From the NCBI GenBank assembly GCA_040901985.1, contig JBBDYC010000004.1:1-51525 (forward strand): a stretch of 51,525 nucleotides of DNA. Reading direction: 5' to 3'. This document shows positions 12,501-21,622 of this stretch, one piece after another. Position 1 is the stretch's first letter. The number at the start of each line of letters is the position of its first letter. The position numbers and the translations under genes were made by a program. Origin of the DNA: Gemmatimonadaceae bacterium. GTDB lineage: Bacteria > Gemmatimonadota > Gemmatimonadetes > Gemmatimonadales > Gemmatimonadaceae. Under the pieces are notes generated by a model, which was given only the letters and a program-made list of their open reading frames with translations, did not search any database and was not told the DNA's origin.

Positions 12501-12934
12501 GGCGCTCCGTCTTCAACCTGTCGCGCAGCTGGAACTACGGCGACCTGATGAACGTGGACATTGACCAGAACGGGAAGTCGGTCGAGACCGCCAAGCCGAT
12601 TGGGTACTACTGGCGCGCCGGGTCGGGCGACGGCATCGGCCTTGGTGGGCTGTACGACGCGCTCGGTCCGAGCAACTTGAACGTGGAGGACGCGTCGTTC
12701 GTCAAGCTCCGCGAGCTCTCGGTTGGCTACCGCATCGGCCGGCTCGGCCGCTACGGCGACTGGTCGGTGAACTTGATTGGCCGCAACCTGCTCACGTGGT
12801 CGGACTACAAGGGATTCGATCCCGAGACCGGCCTCAATGGTGGGACGAACGGATCAGGCATCCTGAATGCGGTGGACGGGTTCAACTTCCCGGGTCTCCG
12901 CACCGTCACGATGCAGTTCAACGTCGGATTCTGA
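9551..12934 (+). CDS. SusC/RagA-family TonB-dependent outer-membrane transporter
   Basis: Signal peptide, carboxypeptidase-regulatory-like N-domain, signature [33 protein letters not shown], C-terminal Phe; start may be 9557 or 9575. Confidence 0.93.
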   Translation: [1127 protein letters not shown]

Positions 12935-12941
12935 CGCCAGT

Positions 12942-12980
12942 GTCCGGCGGGGCGTCCGGAAGATCGGGCGCCCCGACGGA
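12942..12980. other. Intergenic GC-rich hairpin between susC and susD
   Basis: tccggcggggcgtccg ... cgggcgccccgacgga imperfect inverted repeat; no U-tract. Confidence 0.5.
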
Positions 12981-13007
12981 CTCCCACCTTACTGAGGATT
13001 TTCACTG

Positions 13008-14648
13008 ATGCGAACCAAGAAGCTGTTCCTCGGGGTCTTCGCGCTGGTCGTCGGGGGTTTGGCGGCCTGCTCGGACAATCTCGAGGTCCTGAACGAGAAC
13101 AACCCGGACCTTGAGCGCGTGTACAAGGAGCCGACGGACATCGAGGCGGTGGTCGCTACGCTGTACCGCACGTACCACCAGGGCACGCAAGGCGCCGCCG
13201 AGGGACTGAACTCGCAGTCCAAGGCGATGTCGTTCGAGAGCTACGGCCAGGTGGCGAACTTCGGCATGAACCTCCGCGGCCTCATTCCCCGCGTGGCGAT
13301 TGACAACTCGCGCGGCAACCAGGTCGCGGGGGGCAACAACAACAACTGGAGCACGATCTCGCGCCTGATGCGGACGGCCTCGGTGGCGACGCAGGCGGTG
13401 GACCGCATGTTGGCGGCCAGCGCGACGATGGGCGACGCGGGACGGAACCTGCGCTCGCGATCGTTTGGCTTCTTCGTGAACGGGATCTCACTCGGCACGC
13501 TGGCGCTCGGGTACGACTCGATTCACGTCGTGACGACCAAGACCGCGGCGGCAACGATTCCGGCGTTCGTCGGCTATGCCGCGGCGATGGATTCCGCGCT
13601 GCGGATGCTCGACTCGGCAATCACGGTGATGAACGCCGCCGTCGTGGCCACGGGCATGACGACGATCCCCGCCGCGTGGATCAATGGGGGTTCGGCCGAT
13701 ATGACGCCGGCGCAGTACATCCAGCTCGTCCGGAGCTACCGGGCGCGTCTGCGCGCCGGCGTGGCGCGGACTCCGACGGAGCGGACAGCCGTCAACTGGA
13801 CGCTGGTCCTCGCCGATGCGCAGAACGGCATCGCCACGGATCACCAAGTTCTCCTCTCGAGCGCCGCCGGCGGTTGGTCGTCGTCGCTCGACGCCGGCAC
13901 GTTCCAGACGTCGGCGTCGTGGCATCAGGTGTCCCTGCTCTACATCGGCATGGCCGACACCTCGGGCGCCTACCAGACGTTCGCCAATGCCGCGGGATAC
14001 ACCAACAAGATTGGTATGGACGTGCTGGTCCTGACGCCGGACACGCGTTGGCCGTCGGGCACGACCCGCGGCGCGCAGACGGCGGCCTCAGCGCTGCCGT
14101 TGGTGGCGGGGCAGTACATCTCGAATCGCGATCCGGGCGGTGACCAGCCGGACAACTCCAACCCGTCCGGCACGTCGCAGTATGACCACCGGCGTTGGTT
14201 TGCCATCTCGCAGAACACCGGCAATGGGACGTACGTCTTCATGCCGAAGGTCGAGATTGATATGTTGGCGGCGGAAGCGGACATCCGAGTCGGGGCTGGC
14301 GCAGTGGCCCTCCCGCTCGTGAACGCCTCGCGCGCGGCGCACGGTCTCCCGGCCTATGCGGCCGCGGGCGCCCTCGCCCCGGGCGGTACCGGTTGCGTCC
14401 CGCGGCTGCCCAACGGCGCTTGCGGCACGTTGCTCGAGGCCATGAAGTACGAGAAGCGGATGGAGACGCAGCTCACCGGCTATATGCAGTGGTTCAACGA
14501 CTCGCGCGGTTGGGGTGACCTCATCGCCGGGACGCCGTTGCACTGGCCGGTGCCGTACCAGGAGATGGATACGCGGAACCAGGCGTTCTACCCGATGCCA
14601 AGCGCCGGGACACTGGGCGTGGCGGCGGTCGGGACATACGGGTTCTAA
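13008..14648 (+). CDS. SusD/RagB-like surface lipoprotein
   Basis: Lipobox LAAC, directly after SusC, C-terminal MLAAEA...YEKRME...DSRGWG pattern. Confidence 0.8.
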   Translation: MRTKKLFLGVFALVVGGLAACSDNLEVLNENNPDLERVYKEPTDIEAVVATLYRTYHQGTQGAAEGLNSQSKAMSFESYGQVANFGMNLRGLIPRVAIDNSRGNQVAGGNNNNWSTISRLMRTASVATQAVDRMLAASATMGDAGRNLRSRSFGFFVNGISLGTLALGYDSIHVVTTKTAAATIPAFVGYAAAMDSALRMLDSAITVMNAAVVATGMTTIPAAWINGGSADMTPAQYIQLVRSYRARLRAGVARTPTERTAVNWTLVLADAQNGIATDHQVLLSSAAGGWSSSLDAGTFQTSASWHQVSLLYIGMADTSGAYQTFANAAGYTNKIGMDVLVLTPDTRWPSGTTRGAQTAASALPLVAGQYISNRDPGGDQPDNSNPSGTSQYDHRRWFAISQNTGNGTYVFMPKVEIDMLAAEADIRVGAGAVALPLVNASRAAHGLPAYAAAGALAPGGTGCVPRLPNGACGTLLEAMKYEKRMETQLTGYMQWFNDSRGWGDLIAGTPLHWPVPYQEMDTRNQAFYPMPSAGTLGVAAVGTYGF

Positions 14649-14650
14649 GG

Positions 14651-15178
14651 ATGCTGCATCGCTTTGACGCCCCTGTTCGCGTCCTGCGGACCGACCGGAC
14701 GATCCCTCGGATCGTCCGGCGGTTCCGGGCCGTGGGCGTGGTCGTTGCAGCGCTTGCACTGTCCGCCTGCTACACGTCGGTTGCACAGCCTGTCACCGCC
14801 CCGCTGGTCGAGGAGCGCGCCGAGTTCGTCGTCAGTGACGAGGGACGCGTCGCGTTGCGCGGACAGTTGGGGGCAGGTGCCCGGACCGTGGAAGGCCGGG
14901 TCGTCCGCCAGGACGATTCGAGCTGGACACTCCGGGTCTATCGGCTCACCACGATCAGTGGGGACGCCTTCACCTGGATGGGCGAGACGGTCGAGTTGCC
15001 GATGAGTTCGGTCTCGACAGTGGCACGGCGCAGCCTCGATCGGCGGGCAACGGCCTTGGCGGCCGTTGCCGTCACCGGAGCCGTCGTGGCGTATATGTGG
15101 TCCCGCGGGCTGTTCGGGGGAGGTTTTGAGACTGCGCCCACGGACCCGCCCCCGCCTCCTGTAGACATTCGACGTTGA
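14651..15178 (+). CDS. Hypothetical lipoprotein/membrane protein
   Basis: LSAC lipobox-like motif, C-terminal hydrophobic segment; operonic spacing; exact start uncertain. Confidence 0.6.
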   Translation: MLHRFDAPVRVLRTDRTIPRIVRRFRAVGVVVAALALSACYTSVAQPVTAPLVEERAEFVVSDEGRVALRGQLGAGARTVEGRVVRQDDSSWTLRVYRLTTISGDAFTWMGETVELPMSSVSTVARRSLDRRATALAAVAVTGAVVAYMWSRGLFGGGFETAPTDPPPPPVDIRR

Positions 15179-15228
15179 CCCCACCGGGTCGTTCGCGACC
15201 CCTCCTTCCGTACCTCTTGGAGCTCTAA

Positions 15229-16050
15229 ATGCGACTCCTTCGTGTTATCCCGCTTGCTGCGCTCTTCCTCGTCGGGGCCTGTGACGAGGATGGGGTGGTG
15301 AGGAACTCCTCACTGCCGCCCCTGGCGTTCATCCGCTATGTGAACGCCGTGCCCGATGCCGGTGCGCTGGACTTCAAGTTCATCGACGCCATCGAGTTCT
15401 CGCCGTCGTATGCCAACTCGCCGTTCCGCACCGTTGGCATCTATCAGGGTGCCCGCGCGGGCTCCCGGTCGGTCAAGGTCTTCCGGAACTCGTCCGACAT
15501 CACGGTGACCCAGCAGGTCATTACCACCGCCACGCTCAATCTCGTCGCGGGGACGTATTACACGATCCTGCACTCGGGCTACGTCACCGCGGCTAACGGC
15601 CCCGTACAGTCGCTGGTCCTGCTCAACGACACCCGGCCGGCGCAGAACACCGGTCTCCACGTCGGAGCGGTGAACACGGCGATGGGCCTGCCCGCGCAGG
15701 ACTTCTTCGCCACGGCTACCACCACCACCACACTCGTGGGTGCGACGCCGATCTTCACCGGCCTGGTGGGCGGTGCCCGCTCGGCGACGTATGCCGCGCG
15801 TGCGACCGGTGCGTTCGCCGTGCAGGCGGCGGCGACGACGACCACGACCTCGACGGCGGCGGCCGGCGCAGCGGCCGGCTTTGCCGGTACTACGCTTGTT
15901 GATCCCGTTGGTGGGCATTCGGTGGCCGGCACGCAGTTCTCGGCCTTCCTCTTCCCGGCGTCCATCCCGGGATCCGGTGCGCCGACCTTTGCGTCACCTG
16001 GCATCACGCTCGTCGTGGACCGGCAGCCCGCTCGTACGGTTCCGGATTGA
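15229..16050 (+). CDS. DUF4397-like lipoprotein
   Basis: GGAG RBS, lipobox VGAC, IRYVNAVPDAGALDF and LVAGTYYT motifs. Confidence 0.7.
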   Translation: MRLLRVIPLAALFLVGACDEDGVVRNSSLPPLAFIRYVNAVPDAGALDFKFIDAIEFSPSYANSPFRTVGIYQGARAGSRSVKVFRNSSDITVTQQVITTATLNLVAGTYYTILHSGYVTAANGPVQSLVLLNDTRPAQNTGLHVGAVNTAMGLPAQDFFATATTTTTLVGATPIFTGLVGGARSATYAARATGAFAVQAAATTTTTSTAAAGAAAGFAGTTLVDPVGGHSVAGTQFSAFLFPASIPGSGAPTFASPGITLVVDRQPARTVPD

Positions 16051-16093
16051 GTTGATGGACCTGGCTCGTTCGTCGAGCCACGTGACCGCGCGG

Positions 16094-16870
16094 ATGTCCT
16101 CCAGAGGGCATTCGCGCGGTCGCGCGTTAGCGCGAGGGCGCATCACGCTTCTCGCCCTGGCGGCGTGTGTGCCCCTGCTCGCCGCGACCCCGCTTGACGC
16201 CCAGCGGGTGCTCCGAGGGCGCATCATCTCGGCCGAGTCCCGGCTGCCGATGACCGATGCGCTGGTGGATGCGCTCGATTCGGCCCGGCGCGTCCTCGTG
16301 AGCGCACGGTCCGACTCCGCGGGACGATTCACCTTCGCGTTCGGCAGTGACCCGGGGGGATTCCAGATTCGCATCCGCCGCCTCGGCATCGAACCGACGC
16401 TCACCGACCCGTTGCGGTTTGACGGACGCGACACGGTCGAGGTGGACCTCCTCGTGGACGAGCGCCCCGCGGTGCTCGAGGAGGTCACGGTGGATGCCGG
16501 CGGACCATCACCCCTCAACGCCCAGCGGCTGCGGGACGCATATGCCCGCGGCTGGCGGGTCGTCTCGCCCGAACGGGTCGCCGAGGCGCGACAGCGCGCC
16601 ACGAATCTCGACCAGCTCATCCGGTCGGTCAGCCTGGCCAACATCATGGTGAGCCAGGACTGCCTGCGCAGTCTGGTGACGAACGGGTGCCTGACCGTCT
16701 TCATTGACGACGTCTACTTCGGCCAGCGCGGGTTCAACGCGATCAACACGCGCGACATCGAGTTCATCGCCGTGATCGGGCCGACCGAGGCGCTGACACG
16801 GTACGGGAATCGCGCGCAGTACGGGGTGCTGATGCTGTACACGCGCCGGCACGAGTCCCGCAACCGCTGA
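16094..16870 (+). CDS. Secreted protein: carboxypeptidase-regulatory-like domain plus TonB plug-like domain, no barrel
   Basis: Signal peptide (LDA-Q), LRGRII...SDSAGRF, C-terminal INTRDIEFIAVIGPTEALTRYGNRAQYGVLMLYTR; start 16055 or 16094. Confidence 0.7.
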   Translation: MSSRGHSRGRALARGRITLLALAACVPLLAATPLDAQRVLRGRIISAESRLPMTDALVDALDSARRVLVSARSDSAGRFTFAFGSDPGGFQIRIRRLGIEPTLTDPLRFDGRDTVEVDLLVDERPAVLEEVTVDAGGPSPLNAQRLRDAYARGWRVVSPERVAEARQRATNLDQLIRSVSLANIMVSQDCLRSLVTNGCLTVFIDDVYFGQRGFNAINTRDIEFIAVIGPTEALTRYGNRAQYGVLMLYTRRHESRNR

Positions 16871-17685
16871 TGCATCCGGCGTTGCTCCTCGCGGCGCTGT
16901 TGCTGCCGCAGGAGCCAGTCGTCCCCCCCCGCCCGACCGGCTACGTCAGCGATTTCGCCGAGGCCCTCCCGGCCGCCGCCGAGGCCGAGATGACGCGGCT
17001 AATCGAACAGGTGCGCGCCGGCTCGCGCGGCGAGATCGCAATCGTGACGCTGCGGGACATCGGGGGTCGCGACGTGGGCGACGTTGCCCTCGCGATCGGT
17101 CGTGCCTGGGGGGTCGGCGCGACGGCGGCAATCGGGGACCGCGCACGGAACGCCGGCGTGGTCGTGCTCCTCGTCCCGCGCGAGACGAGCGCCGACGGAC
17201 GCGGCTACATCAGCATCCAGGTGGGGCAGGGCGCCGAGGGGTTCATCCCCGACGCGGTGGCCGGTGACATTCGCCGCGAGGCCACGCCGCTCCTTGAGCA
17301 GGGGGACTATGGCGGTGCCCTGACGCTGATTACGGCGCGCCTCGCCGAGCGGTATGGCGCGGAGTTCGGGTTCGTTCCCGACTCCACGCTCGTGCCGCCG
17401 CGGCACGTGCCGCAGTCCGACGGGATTCCGCCGGTGCTCATCCTGCTCGCGTTCCTCGTCTTGGTGTCGGTGCTGAACGGCCTTGGCGGGCGCCGAAGGC
17501 GGCGGCTGCTCTTTCTGCCATTCTTGTTCGGCGGCGGCCGCCGCGGTGGGTGGGGCGGCGGTGGGTTTGGCGGTGGCGGATTTGGCGGTGGCGGATTTGG
17601 CGGTGGCGGTTTTGGCAGTGGCGGGTTCGGCGGCTTTGGTGGTGGTGGCGGGTTCTCCGGTGGCGGCTCGAGCGGGAGATTCTGA
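16870..17685 (+). CDS. TPM (DUF477/YgcG-like) domain protein with Gly-rich tail
   Basis: GYVSDFA, WGVG, IQVGQGAEGFIPD, TM helix, GGGGFSGGGSSGRF end. Confidence 0.88.
   Translation: MHPALLLAALLLPQEPVVPPRPTGYVSDFAEALPAAAEAEMTRLIEQVRAGSRGEIAIVTLRDIGGRDVGDVALAIGRAWGVGATAAIGDRARNAGVVVLLVPRETSADGRGYISIQVGQGAEGFIPDAVAGDIRREATPLLEQGDYGGALTLITARLAERYGAEFGFVPDSTLVPPRHVPQSDGIPPVLILLAFLVLVSVLNGLGGRRRRRLLFLPFLFGGGRRGGWGGGGFGGGGFGGGGFGGGGFGSGGFGGFGGGGGFSGGGSSGRF
17555..17640 (+). repeat. 15-bp tandem repeat encoding GGGGF
   Basis: ggcggtggcggattt-like unit, about 5-6 degenerate copies. Confidence 0.8.
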
Positions 17686-17687
17686 CG

Positions 17688-18422
17688 ATGGCAAAGATGA
17701 CGCTGGACGGCCTCACGGCCCAACTCACGCAGGCCTTCGGCGATGCACTGACGGCGGTGGTGCTCTACGGATCGGCCGCGCGGAGCGAACGCGTCGAGAG
17801 TCGGTCCGACCACAACGTGCTCGTGGTGGTGCGTGCGTTGACACCGGCGGCGCTCCGTGCAGCGGCCGCCGCCGCATCGGCGTGGGGCGACGCCGGGAAC
17901 CTTCCACCCCTCGTGATGACGGAGGCCGAGTGGCGGTCGAGCCGGGACGTCTTCGCGATGGAGCACGCCGACATCGAGGCGCGACATCAGCTCCTCTGGG
18001 GCGCGCTCCCGGCGCCGGCAGGTCCGGTGGACGCCACCCATCTGCGCCACCAGCTGGAGTTCGAGGCCTTGGGTAAGCTGCTCGCGTTCCGGCAGGGGAT
18101 CCTCGCCTGCGCCGGCGACTCGAAGCGCGAACTCGAACTCCTCACGGCGTCCAGGAGCGCCGTCCTCGTCCTCCTCCGGACGCTGCTCCGGGTGCACGGC
18201 GAGCCCGCCACCGATTCCGCCGAGGAAGTGGTGCGGCGCGCGGCGGCGCTGGCGGGGTTCGATCCGGCTCCCTTTCTCGACGTGATCGGCCACGCGCGCG
18301 GCACGACGCCGATCGCCAAGGCGCGCGCCGACGCCGTGCTTGAGGCGTATCACGCCGGACTCAAGCGCCTGGTGGCCCACGTGGATGCCCTCGTCCACCC
18401 CGGACGCGGACCGATGGACTGA
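17688..18422 (+). CDS. Nucleotidyltransferase-domain protein (Pol-beta/MNT-like)
   Basis: VVLYGSAAR...SDHNVLVV motif followed by a helical domain. Confidence 0.75.
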   Translation: MAKMTLDGLTAQLTQAFGDALTAVVLYGSAARSERVESRSDHNVLVVVRALTPAALRAAAAAASAWGDAGNLPPLVMTEAEWRSSRDVFAMEHADIEARHQLLWGALPAPAGPVDATHLRHQLEFEALGKLLAFRQGILACAGDSKRELELLTASRSAVLVLLRTLLRVHGEPATDSAEEVVRRAAALAGFDPAPFLDVIGHARGTTPIAKARADAVLEAYHAGLKRLVAHVDALVHPGRGPMD

Positions 18423-18485
18423 CACACCGAGCATCACCACGCGTACTTTTCCGTTGACGAATTGACCTTCTCGCGGAGTCGCTCA

Positions 18486-19046
18486 ATGAAGCGTTTGTCC
18501 CGATGGCTGCCGCTTGCCGTGCCGCTCCTGGTCTCGGCGTGCGGCTACAACACCATCCAGACGATGGATGAGACGGCGGCGGCGGCGCGCCAGCAGATCG
18601 AGGTGCAGCTGCAGCGCCGCGCCGACCTGGTGCCGAACCTCGTCGCGACGGTGCAGGGATTCGCCGCCCAGGAGGCGGAGATCTTCACCGCGGTCGCCGA
18701 CGCCCGCTCACGATTGGCTGGAGCGGTCACCGGAGGGAGCATGGCACAGATGGCCGACGCCAACCAGCAGATGACCGGCGCGCTCGGCCGGCTGTTGGCG
18801 ATTGCCGAGGCGTACCCGCAGCTCAAGAGCGACCAGAACTTCCTGCGGCTGCAGGACGAGCTCTCGGGGACCGAGAACCGGATCGCGGTCGCGCGCACGG
18901 ACTACAACAACGCGGTGCGCGACTACAACGCCTACATCCGCCGCTTTCCGCAGGTGTTGACGGCGAAGGTCACCGGCGCCAAGGCGCGGGAATACTTCGA
19001 GGTCACCAATCCCGACAATCGCGAGGCACCGAAGGTCAGGTTCTAG
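18486..19046 (+). CDS. LemA family protein
   Basis: LQRRADLVPNLV, EAYPQLKSDQNF, GTENRIAVAR; lipobox VSAC. Confidence 0.93.
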   Translation: MKRLSRWLPLAVPLLVSACGYNTIQTMDETAAAARQQIEVQLQRRADLVPNLVATVQGFAAQEAEIFTAVADARSRLAGAVTGGSMAQMADANQQMTGALGRLLAIAEAYPQLKSDQNFLRLQDELSGTENRIAVARTDYNNAVRDYNAYIRRFPQVLTAKVTGAKAREYFEVTNPDNREAPKVRF

Positions 19047-19091
19047 ACGGGGGCGTGGGCGCGGGCCGCGCGCGCGCCACGCGGCGTTGGC

Positions 19092-20030
19092 TTACGGATC
19101 AGACGCGTCGGGGAGCACGTACGTCAGCGGATCTACGGCGCGACCGTTGACGTGGATCTCGTAGTGGAGATGCGGCGCAGTGGAAAGGCCGGTGCTGCCG
19201 ACTGCGGCGATGAGCTGATTGCGCGTCACCATCTGCCCCGCCCGTACGGCGAGCCGCGAGCAATGCGCAAAGCGCGTCCGGATGCCGTGGCCGTGGTCAA
19301 TCTCCACCGTCAGGCCGAACCCCTTGTCGTTCCCCGCGAAGACCACGCGGCCCGCCGCCGGCGCCACGATCGGCGTCCCGGTCGGGGCGGTGACGTCAAT
19401 CCCCTCGTGCGGCCGATTCTCGTGGAGGATTGGATGGAACCGACTTCTGGTGAACTGACTCGAAAGCCATCCCGCCGTCGGCAGGATGCTCGGGGTGCTC
19501 GCGAAGCGCGCGAAGTTGCGTTCCAGCGTGTCGGAAACGTCCCGGAAGCCGTTCGAAAGTTCGCTAGCCCGGGCAATCAGGCCCTCGATGTCGGGGCGGG
19601 CGCTCCAGCCGAGGCGGCCGAGGAACGGTCGGCGCCGCGGCCCGGCGCCAATGTCGGCGAGGGTCGCCTCGGCGGGGCGGAACTGGGCCGGTGCCGTGTC
19701 GCGCCCCGGGAGGGCGTCCACCGGCAGCCCGGCGAGCATCCGCATCTGCCGTTCGCGCCGCGCGATTACCGCGATCGTGTCATTGAGCACACGGAAGCGC
19801 TCCTCGATTGCCAGGATGTCCCGCTGGAGTGCCTCGTTTTGGACCGCCACGATCCGCGCGCCGGGCGTGCCCCAGGGCAAGAAGAGCACCGCTGCGGCCC
19901 ACGCAACGAGCCCCACGGAGACCGCGCCGCTCCACGCGAGCGCGCGGAACGTCCACGCCGGCAACTGCACGGACTTGGCGGGCTCGTTCCGGGGGGGGAC
20001 GAGGAGGAGGGTCCAGCGACGGCGATCCAT
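19092..20030 (-). CDS. M23 family metallopeptidase
   Basis: HEGID, FAHC, STAPHLHYE; N-terminal TM and coiled coil. Confidence 0.92.
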   Translation of the reverse strand: MDRRRWTLLLVPPRNEPAKSVQLPAWTFRALAWSGAVSVGLVAWAAAVLFLPWGTPGARIVAVQNEALQRDILAIEERFRVLNDTIAVIARRERQMRMLAGLPVDALPGRDTAPAQFRPAEATLADIGAGPRRRPFLGRLGWSARPDIEGLIARASELSNGFRDVSDTLERNFARFASTPSILPTAGWLSSQFTRSRFHPILHENRPHEGIDVTAPTGTPIVAPAAGRVVFAGNDKGFGLTVEIDHGHGIRTRFAHCSRLAVRAGQMVTRNQLIAAVGSTGLSTAPHLHYEIHVNGRAVDPLTYVLPDASDP

Positions 20031-20082
20031 CCGCCAAATGTACTAGTTCCACCACTTTCCGGCGCCCCGAAAATACACCGAA

Positions 20083-21621
20083 TCAGTCCGTTCTAGGTAC
20101 TTCCGGCCTTGGGAAGAGTCCATCGCCCTTTGCCACGTGCCACCCGGTGCAGTCGAGGAGTTCGGCCTGCTCGAACAGCGTCTCGGAGACCTCGCCCGGG
20201 CCGCCCAGGGCGTCCCAGAGGGCCTGGGCCTTGGACGGGATGAATGGGGCGAGGTAGACGGCCTGACGCGCGAGTTGGCGCGCCAGCGCGGCGAGGACGC
20301 CCTCGAGATCGCGGCGCCGGCCCGGGTCCTTCGCCATCACCCAGGGCTTCGCCTCCTGGATCGCCAGGTTGGCGCGGGTCACCGTCCGGACGATCGCTTC
20401 CAGCGCCTCGTGGACCAGGAATCCACGGGACCCATCGAGCGACGAGCGCGCCTCCGCATAGTCGGCGCGGTCTGCCGCATCGCTCGGGCCGAAGTCGCCC
20501 GGTGGGACCACGCCGTCGCAGTATTTCTCGATCATCGCGATTGTGCGGCTCGCCAGGTTTCCGAGCCCATTGGCGAGTTCGGACGTGTACACGGCCTCGA
20601 AGCGCTCCCAGGAGAACGAGCCGTCGCCGTCGAAGGGGATGTCGCGCAGCAGGTAGTAGCGAAACGCGTCGGCGCCGAACCGGTCCACGGCGTCGCCCAG
20701 CTCGAGCTTCACCCCGGCCGACTTGGAGAAGCGCTCGCCGCCGAGGGTGACGAAGCCGTGCGCCCAGACGCGCTCGGGGAGCGGGAGCCCCGCCGCCATC
20801 AGCATCGCCGGCCAGATCACCGCGTGGAAGCGGGTGATGTCCTTGCCGATGACGTGCACCGACGCCGGCCAGCTCGCACCGGAGCCGGGAAAGGTCTGCG
20901 CGGTCCAATAGTTCGGCAGGGCGTCGAACCAGACGTACGTCGTCTGCACCTCGCCGTCGGAGAGCGCGCGGGGGAAGGGGACGCCCCACTCGAATCGCGC
21001 GCGGCTCGCCGAGATGTCGTCGAGTCCCAGATCGAGGAGCGCCAGGATCTCGTTGCGGCGCGTCTCCGGCTGGAGGAACTCCGGATGTGCGGTAAGGTGG
21101 CGCTGGAGCCGCTCGGTGTACGCCGAGAGCCGGAAGAACCAATTGCGCTCGGTGACCTCCTCGAGGGTCCGCGTGGGGTGCAGCGCGCAGCGTCCGTCCA
21201 CGATGTCCGCCGGCTGCTTGAAACTCTCGCACCCGACGCAGTACCGGCCGGTATACGAGCGCTCGTAGAAGTCGTCGGGGCTCTGCGTGAAGATCCGCTC
21301 GAGGAGTTCCCGCACCGCGGCGTGGTGCGGCGCCGCGGACGTCCGCATGAACTGGTCGTGCGAGATGCCCAGGCGCGCCCACATCGCCTCGAAATGCGCG
21401 GCAATCCGATCGGTGAAGGCCTGCGGGTCGAGCCCCGCCTCGGCAGCGGTCTGGACGACCTTCTGCCCGTGCTCGTCCATCCCGATCAGGAACCAGACGT
21501 CGTCGCCGGCCTGGCGGCGGAAGCGGCAGATGGCGTCGGCGCCGACCTTCTCGAAGGCGTGGCCGAGGTGCGGCTCGCCGTTCGCGTAGTCAATCGCGGT
21601 GGTGAGGTAGAAGCGCGCCAC
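20083..21621 (-). CDS. metG: Methionine--tRNA ligase (short form)
   Basis: FYLTTAIDY, HLGH, YVWFDAL, GKDITRFH, RFSKS. Confidence 0.95.
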   Translation of the reverse strand: MARFYLTTAIDYANGEPHLGHAFEKVGADAICRFRRQAGDDVWFLIGMDEHGQKVVQTAAEAGLDPQAFTDRIAAHFEAMWARLGISHDQFMRTSAAPHHAAVRELLERIFTQSPDDFYERSYTGRYCVGCESFKQPADIVDGRCALHPTRTLEEVTERNWFFRLSAYTERLQRHLTAHPEFLQPETRRNEILALLDLGLDDISASRARFEWGVPFPRALSDGEVQTTYVWFDALPNYWTAQTFPGSGASWPASVHVIGKDITRFHAVIWPAMLMAAGLPLPERVWAHGFVTLGGERFSKSAGVKLELGDAVDRFGADAFRYYLLRDIPFDGDGSFSWERFEAVYTSELANGLGNLASRTIAMIEKYCDGVVPPGDFGPSDAADRADYAEARSSLDGSRGFLVHEALEAIVRTVTRANLAIQEAKPWVMAKDPGRRRDLEGVLAALARQLARQAVYLAPFIPSKAQALWDALGGPGEVSETLFEQAELLDCTGWHVAKGDGLFPRPEVPRTD

Positions 21622-21622
21622 G

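Noticed and set aside
17555..17640. Tandem repeats here, at 32101-32238 and at 46021-46140 as CRISPR arrays
   Set aside because: No unique spacers, all in-frame coding, and no cas genes.
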